Below, piece after piece: positions 18,280-26,451 of a stretch of 64,000 nt of DNA. Positions within the stretch are counted from its first letter, which is position 1, and each line of letters begins with the position of its first letter. The notes under the pieces were generated by a model. It was not told the DNA's origin and searched no databases. It saw only the letters and a program-made list of their open reading frames with translations. The translations under genes and the position numbers were made by a program. The stretch comes from an uncultured Muribaculaceae bacterium (GTDB taxonomy: Bacteria; Bacillota_I; Bacilli_A; RF39; UBA660). The stretch is from the NCBI GenBank assembly GCA_964447275.1, contig CAYURI010000003.1:510-64509 (forward strand), written 5' to 3'.

Positions 18280-18387
18280 ATTCTTTCTGATATTGATTTT
18301 GGGCATTTTGGTTCATCAACAAAGATTAATACTGACCACCAAGGAAGATCTTCTGCCAAAGCAACAATATTGTTAACAATATTCATA
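18280..18387 (-). CDS. agrD: AgrD-like autoinducing-peptide precursor (36 aa), not in ORF track
   Basis: Minus-strand ORF MNIVNNIVALAEDLPWWSVLIFVDEPKCPKSISERI. SD AGGAGA lies 7 nt upstream. It starts 14 nt after the agrB-like stop. The C-terminal tail EPK..PKSI resembles the AgrD recognition tail (staphylococcal DEVEVPKEL). A candidate ring SVLIF precedes it. Confidence 0.55.
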
Positions 18388-18401
18388 AATTATTCTCCTT
18401 T

Positions 18402-18989
18402 CTAAAACCAACGATTAAAAAGTTGGTTTTTATTTTTTAAATTCTTGCCCAGTAATTTATATGTTAATGGGCAAACAAGTATAGCTTGATATAAAAGAGA
18501 TAAGAATATAGTTTCTTTCATAAGCCAATTATTACTACTAATAATAACTATTAAATAAAGGCAAACAATCAAACTGATTATTGCTTTTCTTTTTAAATTT
18601 TTATCTTTATTTAAAAGTGGAATGTTTTTAGTTGGCGCTGGAGCAAAGCTAACGATTATTAAAGCGGAAATGAAAGATCCATATATTAAAATAAAATTAT
18701 TAATATCAATTAAGCTACACATGAGAGGTATTATGTTATACATGATTAAACTAGTAATCCAACATTGTAAGTTACTATTAGCGTGAAGGCCGAATCCCAG
18801 TGCTCTCAAAGGAATCATTAAGAATATTAATAACATAACCGATTTCTCAATTTTTAATAAAAAAGATATGAAAATAATGACAGCCAGTTTAACTAAAAAA
18901 GTATATAAGCATTCTAAGGCAAACTTCAACTTTATGTTTTCAAAGCAATTTAATTTTTTTAATAAACAACCAATTATTTTATCTCTCAT
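18402..18989 (-). CDS. agrB: AgrB-like membrane endopeptidase (AIP-processing)
   Basis: 195 aa, ~4-6 TM helices. RALGFGLHANSNLQCWITS matches the AgrB catalytic His/Cys region. Confidence 0.7.
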   Translation of the reverse strand: MRDKIIGCLLKKLNCFENIKLKFALECLYTFLVKLAVIIFISFLLKIEKSVMLLIFLMIPLRALGFGLHANSNLQCWITSLIMYNIIPLMCSLIDINNFILIYGSFISALIIVSFAPAPTKNIPLLNKDKNLKRKAIISLIVCLYLIVIISSNNWLMKETIFLSLLYQAILVCPLTYKLLGKNLKNKNQLFNRWF

Positions 18990-19106
18990 AAAATCACCAA
19001 AGCCAATTTTACTTTTAAAATACTTTTAGGGCTAGAATTTAGTTTAAAAAATAAAAACAACTGCTTTAATGATTAAATAATCAAGTTTTTGAAATAAAGT
19101 TCTCAC

Positions 19107-19138
19107 TTTTTAGACATCAAAATAGTGTTTTTAGACGT
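19107..19138. promoter_or_regulatory. direct repeats TTTTTAGAC(A/G)T spaced 21 bp start-to-start (LytTR-type binding-site geometry) between agrB-like and csp
   Basis: TTTTTAGACAT at 19107-19117 and TTTTTAGACGT at 19128-19138. Confidence 0.45.
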
Positions 19139-19194
19139 TTGTGTTAACTAAGAGCAAATAAAGATGTTAAAAGTTATTTATATGGAGGTGTATT

Positions 19195-19392
19195 ATGAGA
19201 GGAACTGTGAAGTGGTTTAATAACGAAAAAGGTTATGGTTTTATTTCTTATAAAGATTTTGATGATATCTTTTTCCATTATTCAGTTATTAATAAAAATG
19301 GTTATAAGACTCTTAAAGCTGGAACTGAAGTTGAATTCGAACTTGTTAAAACATCTAAAGGCTTACAAGCATTAAACGTTGTTGAACTATAA
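19195..19392 (+). CDS. csp: cold-shock protein (CspA family)
   Basis: 65 aa. MRGTVKWFNNEKGYGFI RNP motifs. Confidence 0.9.
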   Translation: MRGTVKWFNNEKGYGFISYKDFDDIFFHYSVINKNGYKTLKAGTEVEFELVKTSKGLQALNVVEL

Positions 19393-19442
19393 AGTAGTAT
19401 TTTCTTTTTTTAAGTGTTAAAATTATAGTAGGAGGATTGGAT

Positions 19443-19973
19443 ATGGAAATAAATATACGCAGTGAAAAGATGAAAACTACAGATGCAATAAAAAGCTATG
19501 CTATTGAAAAACTTTCTAAACTAGATCGCTATTTTGAAAAACCTGAGGAGATTACGGCAACCCTTTTTGTTAAAAAAATGCCTTTGGTAGAAAAGGTTGA
19601 GGTAACTGTTTTAACAAGAAAATACACATTAAGAGCCGAGGAGTGCCACGAGGATTTATATGCGGCTATTGACCTAGTAATTGATAAGCTAGAAGCGCAA
19701 ATTAGAAAAAACAAAAGTAAGTTTCAAAAAAGATATCAAGATGAAAAAACTCCGGATTTTAATTTTGATTTTGAAGCTGAAGAGGCTTCTAATGAACCAA
19801 AGATTGTTAAAAGAAAAAATATTGAAATAAAATTAATGGATGAAGAAGAGGCTATTCTGCAAATGAATTTACTTAATCATGATTTCTTCTTATTTAATAA
19901 TATAAAGGAGAATTGTTATTCAGTTATTTACTTAAGAAAAGATGGCGAATACGGAATAATTAATGCTAAATAA
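19443..19973 (+). CDS. hpf: ribosome hibernation promoting factor (long HPF). ATG 19443 with SD AGGAGG; the track start at 19437 is TTG.
   Basis: N-terminal sigma-54-modulation/YfiA fold (INIRSEKMKTTDAIKSYAIEKLSKLDRYF) plus a C-terminal dimerisation domain. Confidence 0.85.
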   Translation: MEINIRSEKMKTTDAIKSYAIEKLSKLDRYFEKPEEITATLFVKKMPLVEKVEVTVLTRKYTLRAEECHEDLYAAIDLVIDKLEAQIRKNKSKFQKRYQDEKTPDFNFDFEAEEASNEPKIVKRKNIEIKLMDEEEAILQMNLLNHDFFLFNNIKENCYSVIYLRKDGEYGIINAK

Positions 19974-19996
19974 AGAGTTTAAAACTCTTTTTTTTA
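19972..19996 (+). terminator. rho-independent terminator after hpf
   Basis: AGAGTTtaaAACTCT followed by TTTTTTTT. Confidence 0.6.
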
Positions 19997-20028
19997 TGTT
20001 ATAATATTTGAAGTGGAGGAACTGGCAT

Positions 20029-22527
20029 ATGGGAATATTAAGAAAATTATTTGATTCCGAATATAAAGAATTAAGTAGGTTTAATAAAATCGCTACACAA
20101 GTTATGGCTTTGGAAGAAGAAATGGCTAAATTAAGCGATGAAGAATTAAAAGCAAAAACTGATAAATTTAAAAAAGAATTAGAAAATGGCAAAACTCTAG
20201 AAGATATTTTAGTAGAAGCTTTTGCTGTGGTAAGAGAAGCGGCTTATAGAACAATAGTTGATAAACCGTTCTTTGTTCAAATTGTAGGTGGACTTGCTAT
20301 TCATTATGGTAATATCGCAGAAATGAAAACCGGCGAAGGCAAAACATTAACTGCAACAATGCCGGCTTATTTAAATGCTTTAACAGGCCATGGCGTACAT
20401 ATTATTACAGTAAATGAATTCTTGGCAAAAAGAGACTCTGAATGGATGGGGCGAATATTTAGGTTTTTAGGTCTAACAGTTGGTCTTAATGTAAGAGAAT
20501 TATCTCCAGCCGAGAAAAAAGGAGTCTATAATTCCGACATTGTTTATTCAACCAATAATGAAATAGGCTTCGATTACTTAAGAGATAACATGGTGGTAAA
20601 AAGGGAAGATAGAGTTCAAAGAAAATTAAACTTTGTTATTGTCGATGAAGTTGACTCGGTTTTAATTGATGAAGCAAGAACGCCATTAATTATTTCTGGT
20701 GGTAAATTTGACTCAGCCCAATTTTATATTGATGCTGATAAAGGTGTAAAAAGATTAAAGAACGAAACCGATTATACAATTGATGATAAAACCAGGAATG
20801 TTTCTTTAACTGAAGAAGGCGTAAAAAAAGCTGAGGAAATTTTTCATTTAAATAATCTTTATGACATTGATAACTCAGTATTAGTTCATCATATTAATCA
20901 AGCTTTAAAAGCTAATTTTGGTATGAAAAAAGATGTTGATTATGTCGTTGAAGGCGATGCTATTACAATTGTTGATCAATTTACAGGTAGATTAATGCAT
21001 GGTAGACAATTTAGTGAAGGATTGCACCAAGCAATTGAAGCTAAAGAAGGCGTAACTATAAACGAAGAAACCAAAACAATGGCAACGATAACATTCCAAA
21101 ACTTATTTAGAATGTACAATAAATTATCTGGTATGACCGGAACAGCAAAAACTGAAGAAGAAGAGTTTATTAACATTTATAATATGTATGTTATTCAAAT
21201 ACCAACCAATAAACCTGTTGTTAGAGAAGATTATCCTGATTTAGTTTATGCTACTGAAAAAGGTAAATATGCAGCAATAGTTAATAAAATTAAAGAAATT
21301 CATGAAGCAGGAGAACCTATTTTAGTTGGAACAATTTCGGTTGAATCAAATGAACATTTAAGTAATCTATTGGGTAAAGCAGGAATTCCTCATGAAGTAT
21401 TAAACGCCAAAAACCATGCTCGTGAAGCCGAAATAATTGCCAAAGCTGGCGAAAAGAAGTCAGTAACAATTGCTACTAACATGGCTGGCCGTGGTACAGA
21501 TATTAAACTTGGTGAAGGCGTAGTAGAGCTTGGCGGTCTTTATGTAATAGGAACAGAGCGTCATGAGTCAAGACGTATTGATAATCAGTTAAGAGGCCGC
21601 GCTGGTAGACAAGGCGACCCAGGTAGAAGTCAATTCTTTGTTTCTTTTGAAGACGATTTAATGAAACGTTTCGGTACGGAAAAAATCAAATTAATGATTC
21701 AAAGCTTAGGTATGCCAGAAACTCAAGCTATAAGTTCAAAAATGTTTACTAGAAGTATTGAGTCAGCTCAGAAGAAAGTTGAAGGTAATAACTTTGACAT
21801 GCGTAAAAATCTACTTGATTATGACGATGTTATGAACGAACAAAGAGAAATAGTTTATGCAAGAAGAAATGAAATTCTAGATAGCGAAGATATTCACAAA
21901 CGAATTTTAGAGACATTTATTAATGCTGTAGAATCTTTAGTAAGTAGTCACATACCACCAGAAGGATATTTAACTACTCATGATTATGAAGAGATATGCG
22001 AATTTGTTAACACCAACTATTTAAAAAATGGTAACTTAAAACTTGAGGAAATAGTTAATAAAAAAGAAGAAGAAACAATCAACATAATTAAAGAACATAT
22101 TAATAATGATTATGAAAATAAAATGTCTAAAATCCCTGAAGAAATGCGTAATGAATTTGAAAAGGCAATCTCACTTCGTATTATCGATAATAGTTGGGTA
22201 GAACACATAAGCGCTATGGAACATCTAAAAGAAGGCATTGGTCTTCGTGGTTGGAGTGGTGCTAATCCTTTGCAAGCTTATACTTTAGAAGGATTTAATA
22301 TTTTTGAAAAAATGTTGGACGAAATAGATACAAAAATCTCTGTCTTTCTATTAAAAGCTGAGATAAGAACTAACGCCAATATTGAAAGAAAACAAACCTT
22401 AAAAGGTAGTGCTAGCGATGGTAAAGAAAAAGTTAAAAGCACTCCAAAAAGAATTAACAAAATAGGACGCAATGAACTGTGCCCATGTGGTTCAGGGAAA
22501 AAGTATAAAAATTGTTGTGGAAAATAG
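20029..22527 (+). CDS. secA: preprotein translocase ATPase SecA (start ATG 20029, MGILRKLFD, SD GGAGG)
   Basis: DEAD-like motor motifs. C-terminal zinc finger CPCGSGKKYKNCCGK. Confidence 0.9.
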   Translation: MGILRKLFDSEYKELSRFNKIATQVMALEEEMAKLSDEELKAKTDKFKKELENGKTLEDILVEAFAVVREAAYRTIVDKPFFVQIVGGLAIHYGNIAEMKTGEGKTLTATMPAYLNALTGHGVHIITVNEFLAKRDSEWMGRIFRFLGLTVGLNVRELSPAEKKGVYNSDIVYSTNNEIGFDYLRDNMVVKREDRVQRKLNFVIVDEVDSVLIDEARTPLIISGGKFDSAQFYIDADKGVKRLKNETDYTIDDKTRNVSLTEEGVKKAEEIFHLNNLYDIDNSVLVHHINQALKANFGMKKDVDYVVEGDAITIVDQFTGRLMHGRQFSEGLHQAIEAKEGVTINEETKTMATITFQNLFRMYNKLSGMTGTAKTEEEEFINIYNMYVIQIPTNKPVVREDYPDLVYATEKGKYAAIVNKIKEIHEAGEPILVGTISVESNEHLSNLLGKAGIPHEVLNAKNHAREAEIIAKAGEKKSVTIATNMAGRGTDIKLGEGVVELGGLYVIGTERHESRRIDNQLRGRAGRQGDPGRSQFFVSFEDDLMKRFGTEKIKLMIQSLGMPETQAISSKMFTRSIESAQKKVEGNNFDMRKNLLDYDDVMNEQREIVYARRNEILDSEDIHKRILETFINAVESLVSSHIPPEGYLTTHDYEEICEFVNTNYLKNGNLKLEEIVNKKEEETINIIKEHINNDYENKMSKIPEEMRNEFEKAISLRIIDNSWVEHISAMEHLKEGIGLRGWSGANPLQAYTLEGFNIFEKMLDEIDTKISVFLLKAEIRTNANIERKQTLKGSASDGKEKVKSTPKRINKIGRNELCPCGSGKKYKNCCGK

Positions 22528-22586
22528 CAAATAGTTGCTATTTTTCTTTTTAAAAAGTATAATTTAATTAGAATTGGAGATCTGTT

Positions 22587-23682
22587 ATGGAACCAAGAGA
22601 ATTATTTAAAAAATATGAGGAATTAAGCAAAAAAATAAATGATCTATGGAGGTTACTTTGACTTAGACAATAAACTAAGCGAGGTAGCCATTATTAAAGT
22701 TGAAATGAGTGCTCCTGGTTTTTGGGATGATATTGAGAATGCTAATAAAAAAGCAGCAAGATTATCGCAATTAGAAAAAGATTTAAATAAATACCAAGTT
22801 TTATTATCAAGATTAGAAAACATTAAAGATATTCTACTTATCGAAGATCCTAGTTTAGTAGAAGAATCGTCTAAAGAACTAATAGAAATTGAAAAAGAAA
22901 TTGAAAGCCTGGAAGTAAAAGTTTACCTTGGTGGTAAATATGATAACACCGATTGTTATCTAGAAATTCATCCTGGAGCAGGTGGAACAGAATCTTGTGA
23001 CTGGGCTAATATGTTAAAAAGAATGTATTTGAGATTTTGCGAAAAGAATAATTATAAAGCTGAAATAATTGAGGAACAAGAAGGCGAAGAAGCAGGCATA
23101 AAAAGTGTTACTATTTTAATTAAGGGTGACTATGCTTATGGTTACTTTAAAGGCGAAAAAGGTGTTCATCGTTTGGTTAGGATATCACCATTTGATTCTA
23201 ATGCCAGAAGACATACTTCTTTTGCTTCAGTTACAATTACACCAGTTTTTGAAGACGCTAAAGAAGTCGAAATAAAAGAAAAAGATTTAAAAGTCGATGT
23301 TTTTCATAGCAGTGGAGCAGGTGGGCAAAGTGTAAATACTAGTGATTCAGCAGTTCGAATAACCCATTTACCAACTAAACTTGTAGTTAGCTGTCAAACA
23401 GAAAGAAGCCAACTCCAAAACAAGGAAAGAGCCATGGATATGCTCAAAAACAAACTATATGAATTAGAACTTGCCAAGCATGAAGAATTTATGAAAGAAT
23501 TAAAAGGCGAGAGTGCTAGTATTAATTTTGGTAGTCAAATTAGAAATTATGTTTTAGAACCATATACTTTAGTTAAAGATAGCCGTACTGGATATCAAAC
23601 TGGTGATGCCTTAAGGGTTTTAGATGGTGATATACTTAATTTTATGGAAGCTTATTTAAAGTTTAAGGAGAAAAATGAATAA
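22587..23682 (+). CDS. prfB: peptide chain release factor 2 with programmed +1 ribosomal frameshift (frame 0 from 22587 ends at TGA 22659-22661; frame +1 continues from 22660)
   Basis: MEPRELFKKYEELSKKINDLWRLL* is followed in the +1 frame by DLDNKLSEVAII... The slippery site is GGAGGttaCTTTGAC (SD-like, then CUU UGA C). GGQ motif SGAGGQSVN is present. Confidence 0.9.
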
Positions 23683-24535
23683 AATAGTAGTGAAAAAATA
23701 TTTTAACTTTATAATTGGAACATTAATAGTTGCTGTATGTTTTAATTTGTTTTTTCTTTCTAATGATCTAGCTGCCTTTGGCGTTAGTGGTTTATCAATA
23801 ATTACTGATAAAGTTTTTGGTATTGATCCATTTATTTTTATTTTAGCAACAAATGTTGTTCTTATTGCAATTAGTTATTTCTTTTTAGGTAAAGAATATA
23901 CACGAAGAACTATTTTAGGTGGGGTTTTATTCCCAATATTTGTAAAATTAACAGCTTTTATTCCAAACTATATTGATATATCAAAAGCTGACTTACTCGC
24001 TATAGCTATTGTTGGTGGAGCTTTAACTGGTATTGGCAGTGGACTTGTTTATAAAGAAAATTTTGGTACAGCAGGGACCGATATTGTTGATGAATTAATT
24101 CATCGTTACTTAAAAGTGCCGATGGGTACAGCAATCATTTTAGGTGATGGGCTTGTCGTTGTTTCTGGTGGATTAGTGTTTGGCATAGAAGCCATGATAT
24201 ACTCATTAATAACTTTAATATTGATGAGCTATATATGTAATAAAGTAACACTCGGTATAAACAGAACTAAAACATTTTTTATTATGACAAAAAGAGAAGA
24301 AAAACTAAAAAAATATATTATGGAACATTTTCGCTCTGATATTACAATTATTGATAGCAAAGGTGGCTATAATAAACATAATAAAAACGTCTTAATGGTT
24401 AATATTGATACTAAGCATTACTATAAATTAAAGAATGCCATAAAAAGAATTGATAAAACGGCTTTTGTTTCCGTAACTGATTCATATGGTACATATAATA
24501 AAAATATAAGTATAAAAAAAGAAAAAAGCCAATAA
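23675..24535 (+). CDS. YitT-family membrane protein (DUF161/DUF2179)
   Basis: 286 aa. N-terminal 5-TM region. C-terminal domain resembles YitT/DUF2179. Confidence 0.6.
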   Translation: MNKIVVKKYFNFIIGTLIVAVCFNLFFLSNDLAAFGVSGLSIITDKVFGIDPFIFILATNVVLIAISYFFLGKEYTRRTILGGVLFPIFVKLTAFIPNYIDISKADLLAIAIVGGALTGIGSGLVYKENFGTAGTDIVDELIHRYLKVPMGTAIILGDGLVVVSGGLVFGIEAMIYSLITLILMSYICNKVTLGINRTKTFFIMTKREEKLKKYIMEHFRSDITIIDSKGGYNKHNKNVLMVNIDTKHYYKLKNAIKRIDKTAFVSVTDSYGTYNKNISIKKEKSQ

Positions 24536-24546
24536 GGCTTTTTTAA
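24522..24546. terminator. bidirectional terminator between convergent yitT and hsp20
   Basis: AAAAGCCaataaGGCTTTT with A-run on the left and T-run on the right. Confidence 0.55.
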
Positions 24547-24947
24547 TTAATTTGAATTTTTGACTTGTTATCTTTCTTTTCTAAGACAGGTATAACAACA
24601 TTTAATATACCATTTTTGAAGTCGGCTTTTATATCATCTGGGTTAATATCCCCAACATAAAAGCTTCTTTGATACTTACTATATGATCTTTCTTTTCTAA
24701 TGTATTTCTTGTTGCTATCATCTTTGGTTTGTTCCTTAGCTGCTGTAATAGTTAAGTATCCGTTTTCGCACTCGACATTAATATTGTCTTTTTCAAATCC
24801 TGGTATATCCATTTCTAAATGATATTTTCCGTCCTTTTCATAGATGTCACATTTAAGATCTTCATTTCTTGTCATTATCTTTCTTTCGGATGGAAAAAAG
24901 TCATCAAAGAAATCTTCTAAGTCGAATCTTCTTGGAATTAAATTCAT
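24543..24947 (-). CDS. small heat shock protein (Hsp20/alpha-crystallin family)
   Basis: 134 aa alpha-crystallin domain (YHLEMDIPGFEKDNINVECENGYLTITAAKE...GILNVVIP). Confidence 0.85.
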   Translation of the reverse strand: MNLIPRRFDLEDFFDDFFPSERKIMTRNEDLKCDIYEKDGKYHLEMDIPGFEKDNINVECENGYLTITAAKEQTKDDSNKKYIRKERSYSKYQRSFYVGDINPDDIKADFKNGILNVVIPVLEKKDNKSKIQIN

Positions 24948-24985
24948 TAATACTCATCTCCTTTCATTATAATTATAAAACGTTA

Positions 24986-25012
24986 ATTAGCAGTTGTCAA
25001 TAGTGAGTGCTA
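24986..25012. promoter_or_regulatory. CIRCE (HrcA operator) overlapping the hsp20 promoter
   Basis: TTAGCAGTT-gtcaatagt-GAGTGCTAA versus consensus TTAGCACTC-N9-GAGTGCTAA (right arm perfect, 9-nt spacer). On the minus strand the spacer carries TTGACA, 17 nt from TATAAT. Confidence 0.7.
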
Positions 25013-25113
25013 AAATTTTCTTGCTTTTATTAATGAGTTGTGAGTATAATCTTTTTAGGAGTGTATTGCATTATTTTTTATATTTGGTAAAATAGCAAAA
25101 GCAAGGAGATATT

Positions 25114-26451
25114 ATGAAGGAAGCGACCACATACTTAAATACTTTATTAAAGAAAAATGACAAAGTAGTTGTTTGTCTTTCTGGTGGTCCAGACTCAATG
25201 TGTTTACTTGACTTATTAATAAAACTTCGTGAAACAAAAAACATTACAATAATTGCGGCCCATGTTAATCATAATGTTCGCAAAGTAAGTGCTAAAGAAG
25301 CTTTATTTGTTGAAAATTATTGCCAAAAAAATAATGTTGCTTTTGAAATGATGAAAATTGAAAACTATCAAGATGATAATTTTCATAATGAAGCCAGAAA
25401 TATTAGATATAAATTTTTTGAAGAAATAGTTAACAAACACAAAGCTAAATATTTAATGACTGCTCATCATGGTGATGATTTAATTGAAACCATTTTAATG
25501 AGAATATCAAGAGGATCAAGTCTAAGTGGTTATGCAGGATTTAAAAAGATGGTTAAAAGAGAAAATTATGTAATAATAAGGCCATTAATTGAAAATACTA
25601 AAAAAGAAATATTATTATATAATAAATTAAATAAGATTCCTTTTGTCACTGATAAGTCTAATAATAAAGATAAATATACCCGCAATAGATATCGCAAAAA
25701 TATTTTAGCTTTCTTAAAAAAAGAAGACGCCAATATTCATGAACGCTTTTTAAAATTTAGTAATACTATTAATGAATATAGCAATTTTATGGAAAATGAA
25801 GTAAATAAAATATTTAATCAAATATATAAAAATAAAAAATTAATTATCAAAGAGTTTAATAAATACGAAATAATAATTCAAAAAAGAATTATTGAGAAAA
25901 TATTAGAAACGCTTTATAATGACGACCTAATATTAATTAATGATAGCCATACTAAAGAGATAATTAATTTGATTAATAACAAGTCCAATAAAAAAATTAA
26001 TTTACCAAATGATTTAATAGTTAGAAAAAACTATGATGAAATTGTTTTTGCTAAAGAAAGTAATAACTTAACATATGAATACGAATTAAAAAATAATTTA
26101 TTGTTACCTAATAATAATGTTATTAAAGTAATAAAAAGCAGCAGCGAAAAAAGCAATTATGTAACAAGACTTTTAACTTCAGAAATTAAATTACCATTAA
26201 AAATAAGAACTCGTCATGATGGCGATAAAATGAGTGTTAAAAAATTAAATGGTGATAAAAAGCTTAAGGATATTTTTATTGATGAAAAGATTGATAAAGA
26301 GAAAAGAATTAGCTGGCCAGTTTTAGTTGATGCTAATGATGTCATACTTTGGCTACCAGGCGTAAAGAAGTCTAAATTTGATAAAAGTAAAGAAGAAAAA
26401 TATGATATAATAATCAAGTACATCTTGAAGGAGGAAAAAGATGAAAAATAA
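25114..26451 (+). CDS. tilS: tRNA(Ile)-lysidine synthetase
   Basis: 445 aa. PP-loop SGGPDS. Confidence 0.85.
   Translation: MKEATTYLNTLLKKNDKVVVCLSGGPDSMCLLDLLIKLRETKNITIIAAHVNHNVRKVSAKEALFVENYCQKNNVAFEMMKIENYQDDNFHNEARNIRYKFFEEIVNKHKAKYLMTAHHGDDLIETILMRISRGSSLSGYAGFKKMVKRENYVIIRPLIENTKKEILLYNKLNKIPFVTDKSNNKDKYTRNRYRKNILAFLKKEDANIHERFLKFSNTINEYSNFMENEVNKIFNQIYKNKKLIIKEFNKYEIIIQKRIIEKILETLYNDDLILINDSHTKEIINLINNKSNKKINLPNDLIVRKNYDEIVFAKESNNLTYEYELKNNLLLPNNNVIKVIKSSSEKSNYVTRLLTSEIKLPLKIRTRHDGDKMSVKKLNGDKKLKDIFIDEKIDKEKRISWPVLVDANDVILWLPGVKKSKFDKSKEEKYDIIIKYILKEEKDEK

Noticed and set aside
18990-19194. Hidden small ORF or sRNA between agrB-like and csp
   Set aside because: Only trivial ATG-stop pairs on both strands and no obvious terminator-flanked structured region. 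The LytTR-type repeats are the only notable element here.
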